DNA of 64,000 nt from the NCBI GenBank assembly GCA_002269645.1, contig NIVC01000014.1:263766-327765 (forward strand). Direction: 5' to 3'. The notes beneath the pieces were generated by a model. It did not search any database, was not told the DNA's origin, and saw only the letters and a list, made by a program, of their open reading frames with translations. Position 1 is the stretch's first letter. The number at the start of each line of letters is the position of its first letter. The stretch is from Macrostomum lignano (Eukaryota). Below, one piece after another: positions 22,191 to 57,139 of this stretch. The position numbers were made by a program, and so were the translations under genes.

Positions 22191-25100
22191 GGAAAATTCT
22201 CATAGACCCGTGCTACTCAACAGAAAAAAGTCCGAGAAACGATCCAATCCAGATTTCAAGCGCACCCTGTCACAGCTTAGATTAGCAAACCATATATACA
22301 CTGGTCTGCATGCGAAACAATGAGGACTGCGAGACCAAAGATCCCTAGCGAGAACAGGACCTGCCCATTACTGCCGTGTGGGGAATTTCACTTTTGCTGG
22401 TTATCTAGTGTAGTTGGAACTTTTATATTGCTCCGCATGATGAAATTGAATTCTGGAAAGCTCGGGTAAAGTTTCGAATTTCTAAAAACGGTACTGCAGA
22501 GGGGATAAAGTGTTTTATCTAATGACTCAAAAATAAAAGGATAAGAGACATAATGGAAATTCTAGCAAAACTCATCAAAAACATGACACAAGCCAGCAGA
22601 ATGCAACTGCCCTGCTGAAGCTTCAATTTGGTGCGGAAGAATAAGCTCCAAGATTTTAACTCCCGTTACGTCAAAAAATATTTTTATTGGTAGCTTTTCA
22701 CAATACATATTTCTTTAATTTTCATTCATTAGGTAAAATTAATTGCATAAATAATTGATGGGTTTCGACCTTCGGGCTCCTTGTTAGGGAAGCCTTCGGA
22801 CCTCAGGCTCAGAAATAAATCAATTAGAGACCTGGCCCCCCACTCCTGTCAGATGGTCAGCCCCATGGTAGCTTGATCGTGTGGCGAGCAGTCTAGGTCC
22901 TATAGCTAAGAGAGGGACAGCGAGAGACGAGCAGGGAGAATTTTGAAAGTAGAAATTAGCTAATCCGCAGATCAACTAACTTGCTGCCACCAGCCCGTGC
23001 GCCCTGGCTCACCACACCGGGACTCTCGAAATCGGGCTTCCGACTAGAAGGGGCTTTGCACTTACCTGCCAACTAGTGTCTTTTTGCTGTCAATCTCGAA
23101 GTCATAGCCGATGATAAGGGACACTGCTGGGACTAGATCGCGTTGGCCATGCAGGTACAGAGGGGACTTGTGCAGGGGATTCTTGCGGTGGCGAGTCTAT
23201 GGGGTAGCTACATGTACTATTACATTGCTAAATACGAAGATATGTACTTTTAGCCTTCAACGCGCCAACTAGCCTCTCATAGCGCTGATGATAGGCTAAC
23301 TCGAACTTCAGAGACCTCGCATGATTCATTACCCGAGCCGCTTGGCTAACCTAGAGTGCACAAAGTACATCTCTGGCGCCGATTCTGCACTTCTGGCAGT
23401 TTTGCTCACTGATTTGATTGATTGATCGACTGAGAACCGCCTTGCCATTGGTCCACTGTGACCGGCGCCTACTAGCTTAGCTACTCATCTGAGCCATCGG
23501 CGAACAAAGAACTAAAACCGATAAAAATAACTGTCAGATTTAACCTTCTCCTTAGATCACTTCACACTTCGGATCGAATTGGAGTTTCAGACTACTGGCA
23601 GTATTATTGAATGATTTCTGCCTCAGTAACAGCACCACTGAACAAAATGAGCAAAAGTTTGCGCCTAATTCAGCTACTGAAACAGGGGACAGATAGGGAA
23701 CCACCCAATCAAGCAAGTCTAGGTAGCCTCTCACCCAACCAATCAGAAACTCAACAGCCGGAGACCAGGTAATCCACAGTGACCGAATCGGCTTGATGCT
23801 CTGCAGCTGTAGACTCGGGATGATGCTGTCAAGATCTTCACTGTCAGCTAGCAGGTGATGCTCTTCACTTGATGTTCGCTGCTGATGACCGGGGGATTCG
23901 TCCTTGATGATGACGGGGGGGGGGTCGCAATCCGGGGATCAAGAGACGACGGTCAGGCTCCGGGAGGTCTCTAGCTAGGCCAAGTTCCCAGGAGGTTGAG
24001 GTCCGAGCGGGCCAAAAACACCGGTTTAAATAGCCGCCAACTGGACCGCAGTTTGTTATAACAGAACACGTCGATTCTGATTGGCTGAGCCGTTTTGTTA
24101 AAATGAGCGTCGAATTTTCTGATTGGCTAAGCTTGTTGCTACCCAGAATCACGTGACCGAGAGATCCTATCAGTTCCCACAGGGTCGTAAAAAGATGACA
24201 GGTGCGGCCATAAATCACTCAAAATCGCAACAAAATGATTTATGACTTTTCGCGTAGGATTGACAGAAATTAATGAAAAAATATACATTAGAAAGCTCTT
24301 ATTAAATAGAAAGTGAAGATAATGAAGAGAAATTGCTAATCGCTAATCCCAAAGTACTTTTAGGGGTAAAACGCATAGCTGTCAAAGCTGTCACACGCTT
24401 GAGTGAATCCGAACAATAGGCTCTGACCTCACAAATCTTGATGGCCTGTCAAAACGATGAGAAAAAAGCTACCGCCCGCATCCTCTCAGACCATCTGGCG
24501 CCCGTCTCAACACTGAGTGAGGCGCAGGTGGCTGTCAGACCAGCTTCGAAAGCGATGATTTATGACCCAAAAAGCAATGCCTATGTTATTATGACTACTA
24601 GTATGGCCAGACATTATATCTAGTATAGATTCTATGACAATTTGCAGAAAAAGGATAAAAATGCCCATCGCCCACTGTTAGTAGGCTAGTAAATTTAGAG
24701 CCCATGTGCTAGCGCGGGATTTGGAAAAAAGTGCGTCCTCATCATAATATCATAAAATGCAGAAATCATCACCCTCGACTAGCGCATGCACACATACATT
24801 GTACAGTATATAATACGCTCGTAACAACAGTAAAATTAAAGATTTTTGGAGCCGCATTAGCGTTTTCCTTGCATGGATTGCAGTGAAGTATTCCAAATTT
24901 TAAAGTCCCTACCATTACTATAACATCACTCTGCTCTTTGTAGACAATTTTTTAATTCAGAATCTTCTAACTTTTCTATTCTTGGATGGCCACACCCACT
25001 GCATTTAGGAGCTATAACGTCAATATCACGAATTCGCGTGCTGCAGTTTCTATTGCAATTTTTTAATCCTATACGCAGCCTTAAATCAGCACTATATATA

Positions 25101-25344
25101 GCTTAAATTTACTTTTTCAGTCAAGGTTGGTAGTCAGCAATCAGCCTCATTCCTTTATATTTATCGCTGCTTATGTATCTAAAATATATAGATATCGCTG
25201 TAGCTCAGCAAACAATTCCAGGAAAATGTGTGACAGACTGAAACACTCCGGAAATGCATCTACCTTCGCCAAACAACGGAGGCTTTTATGCAAACAACAG
25301 AAATTTTAGAGAAATTTTCATTTCGTCTATCATTATCTAGTAGC

Positions 25345-25778
<434 letters not shown>

Positions 25779-26409
25779 TATGGATGGACGATGGGATGTT
25801 GACTGTAACTATTTTTTAATTTTGCGATAGCTTTTTCATCTCTACCTATAAAAATCACTCATAATTGCTGTGCGTAATGCGTATAGTAATCGTTACCCCA
25901 TAATTTGATGGATCATTTTTCTTCTCTGCATTTTACCAGTCTAGCGAAGTATTATTATTGGTGGTAAATTTCTACAAGCAATGCAAGTTCTGGGAATGAA
26001 AATTTTGTGGAAATAGTCTGTACATTTAATCTATACTGTGTAACATTTTACGCAGATAATTCGGAAGAGAGTTGTTTTTAACAAAGTATTTAATTTTCTC
26101 TATCGCTAGACCGAAAAGTTTGCAAAATTAAAACCCTTTTGAAAAGAAAAATGTTAAAACTATACATTTTTTTCTTATAATGCTAAGATATAATACCTAA
26201 TAGCATGAAATCTAATATACAGTTTTTAAATATTAACATGTTTGACTTGTAGCGACGTGCTATTTTTCTAAGCTGACCATTGAAAGCGTCGGCACGTGAC
26301 TAGCGTGAAAATTCTGACACTAATGGCTTCATAAATTATTTTATGTTGTATTTATACGATTCTATCATAGCCGTTTCTGCACTATTTTTCAGATTAGAGC
26401 GGTTGAACA

Positions 26410-47702
<21,293 letters not shown>

Positions 47703-49044
47703 CCTTTACTTGTACCTTAAAAATAGGTTTGACCTTCATTTGTACCCTTTTTAGCAATTCACTGTTATGGTGTTTATTATGACCTTCAGTTGTACCTGCC
47801 CTGTCTGCTCATAGTTTTGACCTCTATTTGTACCCTAAGAGAATCGCTCTAATACTGAATGTTCTGCTCCAGTAGTAACTTAAGCTTGTGACGCTATCGA
47901 GGACCACCAATTCAAATTTATTTCAAACAAGCACAATGGGCTTCCCATGTGTACGAAATGAAAGGAAATAAACTTTTTTCAAAGTTTATACATGATCCAG
48001 CTATAACTGTTTGTTTTTTTAAAAAACTTCTGAAACATAAAAAAACAACTTTCAAACCTTCTCGAATCAAACGTGCTGCATTTTCGTTAGTCGTTTAGAA
48101 TTTTTCCTGCTCTAAGGTGTTGTGCTTTTTGTTTAAAAAATTGCCATATAAACAAACAGCTTCGCTTTGTTTATGGTTTATTTGTGTTATCATTTTTATT
48201 TGCTCTGAGACATATCAGTAGTTACATGTTTAATATTTATTAGTTTTATTTTTACATATTTGAATTTTGACCCATTGGCCCAGCTGAGTTGGCTACAGCT
48301 TTTCATTGACTGCTTCTCCTAATGTTCATTTTTTACTTTTTGTTTAACTCTACATTTCAAATCAGTGCTAAATTTGAATTTTCAAATCAGTTTGCAGTTT
48401 TGTTTTAATTTGATCAATGAATCAATTTGTAAGGACAGGCTCCTACGCGCAACATTATCAGACAGTAATGAGAATTTTTGAAGTGAATTTCGATTTTAGA
48501 AACAAAAACTTTTCTTTCTATAAAAAGTCGCTATATACGCGCGTCACACTACTGCTCAAGATGCAACGCAAATTCTGTATTTTGATAAATATTCCTGTTT
48601 AATGATTGTGCGTTTTTTCTGCTAATCGAATGGCTGTGAATTTGTGCTCAAACGGGAATAGTACTTACTTAAATTTTTAATGCCACTTTAAATGTTTTCT
48701 AATTGCTTCCAGAAGCAGATTGTTGCAGCAGAGTTAGAAGACAGCAACAGCTGTCAATGCTTTTTGACAACTTTTTGTAGAGTAATTTAAATTGCTCGAT
48801 TTACTTAGATTCAACACAATACACTCTGTTTAACAACAATCAACTGAGTATATTTATTTCATGTGTTTTTTGTTAACACGAAATTATCCCTTATGTGTTT
48901 TTATATATAATTTATATTTGTAGCTATGAACATTTTTAACAACAGTAGTAGGCTAGAAGTATACAATGCCGCAATCATTTTTATGCCTATTAATCAATAA
49001 TTTCATATATTAATACAATTTGAGCTATGTTGACATTATTTTTA

Positions 49045-49670
49045 CCCTCTGACCCATTGACCCTCTGACCCATTGACCCTCTGACCCATTGACGGCCTTT
49101 GACCCATTGACGACCTTTGACCCATTGACCATCTGACCCATTGACCCTCTGACCCATTGACCATCTGACCCATTGACCCTCTGACCCATTGACCATCTGA
49201 CCCATTGACCCTCTGACCCATTGACCATCTGACCCATTGACCATCTGACCCATTGACCATCTGACCCATTGACGACCTTTGACCCATTGACCATCTGACC
49301 CATTGACCCTCTGACCCATTGACCATCTGACCCATTGACCCTCTGACCCATTGACCATCTGACCCATTGACCCTCTGACCCATTGACCATCTGACCCATT
49401 GACCCTCTGACCCATTGACCATCTGACCCATTGACCATCTGACCCATTGACCATCTGACCCATTGACCCTCTGACCCATTGACCCTCTGACCCATTGACC
49501 CTCTGACCCATTGACCCTCTGACCCATTGACCCTCTGACCCATTGACGGCCTTTGACCCATTGACGGCCTTTGACCCATTGACCCTCTGACCCATTGACG
49601 GCCTTTGACCCATTGACCCTCTGACCCATTGACCCTCTAGCCCATTGACCCTCTGACCCATTGACCCTCT
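49045..49670. repeat. 16-bp minisatellite made of two 8-bp subunits (TGACCCAT-TGACCCTC)
   Basis: Direct periodicity. Confidence 0.95.
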
Positions 49671-50133
49671 GATCCATCGAAAAATTGTTAGCCAAAAATA
49701 TTGAGAAATTAAAATGAGTTATGGACACTGTGTCCGGTTAGTCAAACGTACACGTAGTAAGTCTATATAAAATACGCATAACAATAAATATTTACAAGTA
49801 GCAAATACGTTTTCGCATGCATATCACATGGTTCCTACGAGCGCTAGAAGTCGCGGTTTAGAACGACATACCGTTCGCATTCAAGAAAGGCCTAATTTCG
49901 CTTTATTACGAGCTAATACTTCATCAAATTATTGACCTAAATTCTTTCATCCATGGTTCCAATAGGCTCTTAATTTCCTTGCCCTAGAACTCATAGTCTA
50001 TGGCAGTTTTTTTCAAGCGCTTAACTTCTCAGGCCTGAAAACCTGATTGCTTATCTCTAAGTCGTGTAGTCTAAGTCAGAAATCTGCGAGTTGTCTATGG
50101 CCCGACCTGTATATGTTAGTTCTATTGGCTTGT

Positions 50134-50666
50134 TATAGCTTTTTGCGTTCTAGTTTGGACTGCGGGCTTTTAATTTGGACACAGAGTTGAGCAAAGCCCA
50201 GCGAATGCTGGCTAGTCTATGGCACAAACCAGAAGCGACTGATGGGCTTTTAAATTCGACAGCGGGCACAAATTTGGACACAGAAGTTAAGAAGATCAAA
50301 GTTAAGAACGACAGTAATCAGTTTTAGAGGGTAGGTTATGAATCTGTATATTTGACCCAAACATTGAACTGATCCAAACCGTTAGATACAATTTTCTAAA
50401 ACTTTAAACTTTAAGACTCTTGCGTTGTCAGAGCCTGTTTCTTTCTTCTAAAAAACTCGTCGTGTACTTTGTGCGCTGGCTCAAGAAAAAACATGCAAGA
50501 GAAAGGGGAAGGAAAAGACTGTCCAAATTTGTGCCCGCTGTCGAATTTAAAAGCCCGTCAGTTGCTTCTGGTTTGTGCCATAGACTAGCCAGCATTCTCT
50601 GGGCTTTGCTCAACTCTGAGTCTAAATTGAAAGCCCGCAGTCCAAACTAGAACGCAAACAGCTATA
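50134..50666. mobile_element. Foldback/MITE with ~147-bp inverted arms
   Basis: 50134-50280 is the near-perfect reverse complement of 50520-50666, and each arm contains GTCTATGGCAC / GTGCCATAGAC. The outer ends are TATAGCT / AGCTATA. Confidence 0.85.
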
Positions 50667-50815
50667 GTAGAAGATCTGCCTCCAACAAAACACGTACCAG
50701 AAGGTGTTTATAATTCATTTTTTCAGCGAAATTAGGCCATCAAATAAACTCTACTTAGAACATGAGCGTGACGTCCTGCATGGTACAATGCTAGCTTCTA
50801 GCGGGTCCCTGTTGG

Positions 50816-51178
50816 TCACATGTGCACGATACACGGCGGCGGCGGCGGCGGTGGTGGAGGCGGCGGAGGCGGCGGCGGCGGGTGTCTGAAATCCAGCATC
50901 GCTTCATCATAGCTCGGTGGCGGCTTCGGGTACCAGTTAGGGTAGTGCTGGTGAATCCTGGAAGTGGTCACCTGATCGGTTGTTCCTCTCAGAGGTCCTG
51001 GACCCTGCAACTCTTGTGGCTGATGCTCCGACGACAGCGGCGGCTCAGGACCAACTGAGCTCAACGCTGATGCAGCGGGTGTGGCGTAACTCTGTCGCAG
51101 AGTGCACCAGAGCAGCATCAGTATTGAAGCGAATACGAAACCGATTATTATGAAAAATGTTAACGTTGCCACTTCCAT
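50816..51178 (-). CDS. Small single-pass membrane protein with PPxY motif and poly-Pro tail, 120 aa
   Basis: N-terminal TM segment LTFFIIIGFVFASILMLLWC, then PPPSYDEAM and a poly-Pro run in one intact ORF. Confidence 0.75.
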   Translation of the reverse strand: MEVATLTFFIIIGFVFASILMLLWCTLRQSYATPAASALSSVGPEPPLSSEHQPQELQGPGPLRGTTDQVTTSRIHQHYPNWYPKPPPSYDEAMLDFRHPPPPPPPPPPPPPPPPCIVHM

Positions 51179-51507
51179 TGTCGCTGATTTTCCTTGACAA
51201 CGACTATACTAGCTTTGAGCGCTCCGTGTCTGTCTTCTATAGCTCAGGAAATTTTTCTGTGTTAGAAAAAATGTCGGATCCAACTATTAATTTGTCTGAT
51301 TTGGTTCTTTTTATCGCATGGCTGACTTCACTAGCAGACTAGCAATGTTAAAAACAATTGTCGGTGTTCCTGTAAACTACTCTGTAACATTGCTTAGCTT
51401 GCATAATATTAATTCATAATTGCAAGTTGGAGAGGTTTAACAGAGGCCATTGCCACAAACCCATGCAATATCGCTGCTAGCTAACCCAAGGCGTTTCGCG
51501 GTGTCCT

Positions 51508-51920
51508 CTTGACTTGACTTGACTTGACTTAACTTGACTTGATTTGACTTGGCTTGACTTGACTTGACTTGACTTGACTTGACTTGACTTGACTTGACTT
51601 GACTTGACTTGACTTGATTTGACTTGACTTGACTTGACTTGACTTGACCTGACTTGACCTGACTTGACTTGACTTGACTTGACCTGACTTGACTTGACTT
51701 GACTTGACTTGACTTGACTTGACTTGGGTTGGCTTGACTTGACTTGACCTGACTTGACTTGACTTGACTTGACCTGACTTGACTTGACTTGACTTGACTT
51801 GGGTTGGCTTGACTTGACTTGACCTGACTTGACTTGACTTGACTTGACCTGACTTGACTTGACTTGACTTGACCTGACTTGACTTGGCTTGACTTGACTT
51901 GACTTGACTTGACTTGACTT
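51508..51920. repeat. (CTTGA)n pentanucleotide satellite
   Basis: About 80 units. Confidence 0.96.
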
Positions 51921-52422
51921 TAAAAAAGGCGATTCTGCCCATTCCGCCGACTCCCCTGAGCACATACAAGCGCGCCCATACTGTACGCAGACACGCACTC
52001 ATACAGGGTGCACAGCGGCCTTCCTAATATCCAGGCATGTGCACTGTCTGCGCCTTGGGGGGTCTGGCACTCAATGGGAGTGACATTTGCAAGACAACCC
52101 ACCGGGGCCAATTCTCGTGCAGACAAGCTCCAAAACTACTTGACTGATGAAGAGCACAGACAGCTCATGGCTGACACCAGCTGACCCCAGCCATAGACAG
52201 TTCATCCCACTGCCCACATCCCAGCCAAACATTGTTGCTCTAATTCTAATCAAGGTGCAGATTACGTTGCTGCCTCATGAGCTGCACTTGAGTCAATACT
52301 TACTAAGAAGATCTTAACGAGGAATTTAAGAAGCTGAAGATAGCAAATTCAAAACAAGCAGGCATCCTATAAGAATTTTTCTGTTTAAATTTCGGGCCTT
52401 ACTCAGCAAGCCAAAGCAAGGC

Positions 52423-52701
52423 ATGCTGCAACAGCAGTTGCCCCACAACATTGCCAACAGTTTGCTACGTAAACAACAACAACAGCAGCAACAGCAACAA
52501 CCAAGGCACGAAGGCAGCAGATTTCTGCATAATCCAAGCCTATTACAGGCTGCAAAGTTACGACTAAGCAAAGAATTACCAGACAAACAGAATCCACAAC
52601 AGCCTCAGCTGCATCAGCAGCAGCAGCAGCAGCAGCGCAGAAGTCGATTTCGTTCGTTTGACATCTTCCCGCGTTCTCCGCCTCTGCTGTTACAGTTGCA
52701 A

Positions 52702-52732
<31 letters not shown>

Positions 52733-52800
52733 AACAACAACAGCAACAACAACAACAGCAACAGCAACAACAACAACAACAACAGCAACAGCAACAGCAA

Positions 52801-52854
<54 letters not shown>

Positions 52855-53769
52855 AACTCCAGACGAGGCATCGACGACTTATGCGACAGCGTGTGCAGCA
52901 CTCTGTCCGACTGCTCCATCCTGCGCTCTAGCCGGTTTCCCGGCGCCAGCTTTGCAGGCGACTCAACCAATGTCGGAGCGGCTGGCGACCTGGCTGCCGC
53001 TATGCGCCGGCTGCGAGCTGCCCGATCGGCCTCGGGATCGGCGACTGTCGGCCGCGGCCCTGCAGCCGCCGCGTTCGTGGCGAGCGACGCCGAACTCCTG
53101 GCACTGCTGCAGCGCACCGTAGGCGCCAGCAGCCTGACCGCTCTGATCCGAGCCGGTATTGAAAGTCTCAGCCACAGTCGGTCCTACTCGCGTCACGAGC
53201 TGCTGCACATCCTGCGCCGCTTGGCACAGGCCTACCTGACCGAGAAGCTGCTGCCGCAACTACTTGAGAAGCTGGAGTCAGCTCTACTCGGCCAGATGCT
53301 GGACTCGGGCCTGCTGCAGGCCGACGGCGACGCGTATTTTCGATGCAGCCCGAGGCGTCAGCAAAGAGGTGCCCCGGAATCTGATCTGGCGAAATCGTCG
53401 ACGCCAGAGCCGACGCCGAGACTTCGAACGAGAAGTCCAGCCAGCACCGGAGGCCACAGCAGCGTTGTTCGTCTGCCACCTTCCCCGCTACCGCAGCAAC
53501 AACAGCAGCAGCAGCGAGTCGCATCGCCTTACTTTGCAAACTTGTCACCACAACAGCAGCGGCAACAGCAGCGGCAACAGCAGCGGCAACAGCAGCGGCA
53601 CAATAGCATTCGATCCAGCAGTTCTTCATCTGGATCTCCCAGGTGGCACCAGCCAAGCACTCCTGTCCAGCCGCAGCCCTCGATTCTGCCTACTGTTAGT
53701 CACGAAATCTCTGTGAAACTGGAAACGGTAAATATTATTACTAGTAAAATGTTTGCACATTGCTTTTGA
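52423..53769 (+). CDS. Glutamine-rich protein or large exon with a ~52-Gln tract and central helical domain
   Basis: 448-aa ORF with mixed CAG/CAA polyQ at 52699-52854 and a GC3-rich non-repetitive core (AELLALLQR...GQMLDSGLLQADGDAYF). Candidate donors at 53695 and 53728 mean the true C-terminus may differ. Confidence 0.7.
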
Positions 53770-53824
53770 TTGTAAAGTTAGGTAATGACTTTAATATAGG
53801 TAGAACCCCCACCACTATATACTA

Positions 53825-54330
53825 CAACCCCCAACACTAGGCTACAACCGCAAACACTAGGCTACAACCCCCGACACTAGGCTACAACCCCCACACTAGG
53901 CTACAACCCCCACACTAGGCTACAAACCCCAACACTAGGCTACAACCGCAAACACTAGGCTACAACCCCCAACACTAGGCTACAACCCCCACACTAGGCT
54001 ACAACCCCCACACTAGGCTACAATCCCCGACACTAGGCTACAACCCCCCAACACTAGGCTACAACCCCCAACACTAGGCTACAATCCCCAACACTAGGCT
54101 ACAACCCCCAACACTAGGCTACAACCCCCACCACTAGGCTACAACCCCCAACACTAGGCTACAACCCCCAACACTAGGCTACAACCCCCAACACTAGGCT
54201 ACAACCCCCAACACTAGGCTACAATCCCCGACACTAGGCTACAACCCCCCAACACTAGGCTACAACCCCCAACACTAGGCTACAACCCCCAACACTAGGC
54301 TACAACCCCCAACACTAGGCTACAATCCCC
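53825..54330. repeat. 20-bp minisatellite
   Basis: Unit ACACTAGGCTACAACCCCCA. Confidence 0.95.
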
Positions 54331-54356
54331 TGTACTAATCAAGCTATATAAGTGGC

Positions 54357-54812
54357 ATGACAGCCAGACGAAACCGCACCCAAAAACCGAAGGACAACCG
54401 GGCACGCCAACGAAGCGTCCGTCCAAGGCCAGTAGCGGCCGCCCGGCCGCCGGCTCATCCGTCGAGAACGCAGGCGAGCTCAGGCGTCAAGCTGGTCCCG
54501 GTAACGCAACAGTTCATCGTCCGCGACAATCTGCAGTTGAGAGCGGCGCTCGAAGACCCCGAGGACAGGCGCATCAACAGCATCGGGCAGCGGCACGGCT
54601 GCCTCATCACGGTGCAGGACCGGACCCGACGCCTCGGTCACAATGCGCACCGCGTCGTAGTCTGCGCCCCAGACGATAAGACGCTGCGCATGTGCGCGAG
54701 GTCCCTGGACAAAGCCATGGGCTGGGACTTGAACTCGCAGTTGGCTTACGCCATGGGCCGAGGTCGGGCACCCTCTGCAGCAGCAGTTGGGGACGTCAGC
54801 GCGAGACTCTGA
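54357..54812 (+). CDS. ORF or terminal exon with divergent KH-like domain
   Basis: Strong GC3 bias in this frame. FIVRDN..RAALEDPEDRRINSIGQRHGCLITV...HRVVVCAPDDKTLRMCARSLD follows the type-I KH pattern but has no GxxG loop. Confidence 0.55.
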   Translation: MTARRNRTQKPKDNRARQRSVRPRPVAAARPPAHPSRTQASSGVKLVPVTQQFIVRDNLQLRAALEDPEDRRINSIGQRHGCLITVQDRTRRLGHNAHRVVVCAPDDKTLRMCARSLDKAMGWDLNSQLAYAMGRGRAPSAAAVGDVSARL

Positions 54813-55489
54813 CAGGCATTGATTTTCGCATCCGATGCACATCGATTTGTTGTTGCTCATAGTACTGTTAGTAGGTGCTAAATCTTCGAGCAGCTCTGCA
54901 TTCTCGCTGCGACCGGCTGTCCTGAACCTGCGGACTTCATAGCTGTCATTAAGTGTAATCTCGTAATTTTCCCCCTCGAAAATTTTTGACGAACGCAAAA
55001 AACCGACAGAGCGTTGACGCGTTTCCGTGCGTTGCTACTTGGCAACAGTAGTGCGTTTGTATATATAGATTTTTAGATTGCATTTATTAGACCTTAGTAG
55101 GAACTATTTTTCTCTGCGTTGTGAGTTCTCTTCTGAGAGTAACGAGTGTGTTTCTTTTTCGTTTTTTTGCAAAGTAGAGTACGAACTTTTTTAGCTTCTT
55201 AAGGACCGAAAGCGTTTTAGTAGGCCGCCACAATAGCATTGCAGCACTTCGGCTGCACGAGTTAAGGCGAAAGGCAAAATAAATGCGATACTTGCATGTG
55301 CAAAAATAAATTACTGCAACCTTTCTGATTCTTTTCTTGCCAATTCATAATTTAATATCTGCTCAAGAAACGATTCATATTTTTTAGGTCTTCGATACTA
55401 TTAATAATCATTTTTTCACTTGTTGAAGATCTTTGTTACATAAATAATTTTACTCGTGACGTAAATGAGCAATTTTGAGTTCCATCAAC

Positions 55490-55640
55490 GATTGAGACAC
55501 CCACCTCACTCCGCCTCTCTCTCCTCACCCAAGATTGAGACACCCACCTCACTCCGCCTCTCTCTTCTCACCCAACATTAAGACACCCACCTCAATCCAC
55601 CTCTCCCCTCACCCACGATTGAGACGCCCACCCCACTCCG
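55490..55640. repeat. ~43-bp tandem repeat (4 copies)
   Basis: ATTGAGACACCCACCTCACTCCGCCTCTCTC recurs at ~55491, 55534, 55576 and 55618. Confidence 0.85.
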
Positions 55641-56525
55641 CCTCTTTTAGGCACAGTTCCCTGAGTCCATGAACTAATATGGTTTCACAGCAACTCATAA
55701 AGAAAGGTACTCGACTATTGGAGCGTGCATCGGACTGTTGAGCCGTGCTTCTCTCCTTCAACCACGCGCCGAGAATATTTGCTTTACATTCGGCACCCGA
55801 AATTCTCTAATCCTTTCCCAGCCTCCAAAGCAGCACCTCATCAACCTCATCAACCGAAGCGTCCCTCTCCTTGCGCCCCGTCCTCCAGTCGGCCCCGATC
55901 TTCTCCTTTCCAGATGGCTAAGCAACTGCCTGCGGGCATGGGATTGCGGCCTGATCGAGTGCTAAATTCCCATCGGTAGGCTTCATCTCTCTTCTCTCCT
56001 CCCTCAGCCCTCAGTCTCCCTAGGCGCTGAGCTCTCATTAATTTTTTCTCCTACTGCTCAGCCGAAATCGGACTTGGTCGGCGCGCAAAATTTTAGCTAA
56101 AAAAGTAGAACCTCCTTGCCCCTACACAGCCAGCCACTCTCCCCCTAGAGACTCGAATGAATTATCGATCTGAGAATTTCTACCGTAAGAGAGAGAACAT
56201 ACGCGTGTTAGTGGCGGACGCACTAATGAATTATTTAACTACCATTTTCCCGCCTAGAAGCAATTCTTAATTCGGATTCTCTCTCTGTTTCTTGCTGTGG
56301 CTTCTCTTTTAGGATGGCTAAGCTCTCTCTGTTTCTTTCAGGAAATTATCTCTGAACCATGAACGTTGCATGCTTTTTGTTTAACTATCGATTGGAAACT
56401 TCTGCTGTGGGTCACAGCTTCTTCTTGCTTGATTCTTGCACGCAGCTACTCACTGTGAGATTGGCTCACTCTCCCCTTGCCTCTCTCCTCCTCACTTCTC
56501 TTGCACTTTAATTCCACACTGCAGT

Positions 56526-56556
<31 letters not shown>

Positions 56557-57057
56557 ACGCACCGGGCACTTGTTGGTACGGTATACAATGGTGGGCACTT
56601 ATTTTGCAATTTTTTTTGACACACGAAAACACACACATACACACAGTGCAATGACCTATTAAGTATTTTTAGCATTTAAATGATGTAAAAAAGCATACAT
56701 TGAAATAAAAAAGCACGTCCCATACTAACAGTATGATCTATTGAAAGTGAAGTAATAGCGTAACATCGTGTAACTATATTGTCCTCAGTCCAGCGAATTC
56801 AGCATTACTTGAAATACAAAAGGCTTCGTTAAAGCCAATCCACATGAAGGAAAAACTAGTTACAAGCAGTCTATTTACCTTTACCTTTACTAATACGCTA
56901 TAATGCTGTACGCAATATGCCTGACTAATATGAATAAAAAATTCAATTTCACTTGCGCTTAGAAAAAAACCTAAAATTGACAGTGAAACTGAAAAACTGA
57001 AACGCAGAGATTAGTTAAGCAGATTAAACAACAAATTCCGGTCGAGTGAGAAAACAG

Positions 57058-57139
57058 GAGTCTCGTTATTTAGAGCACTCTGGCATTCAGCATTACGCTC
57101 GTAGTCTATTAGCTGCTCTCCTGAGTTCGAAGCTGACAG
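57058..57139 (+). other. Possible isolated exon encoding a dimerisation/docking (RIIa/Dpy-30-like) helix pair
   Basis: AAACAG acceptor, ESRYLEHSGIQHYARSLLAALLSSKLT, and CAG|GTCAGT donor. Partner exons were not identified. Confidence 0.25.

Noticed and set aside
52614-53117. Poly-Cys ORF on the minus strand
   Set aside because: It is the antisense reading of the CAG/CAA polyQ tract.
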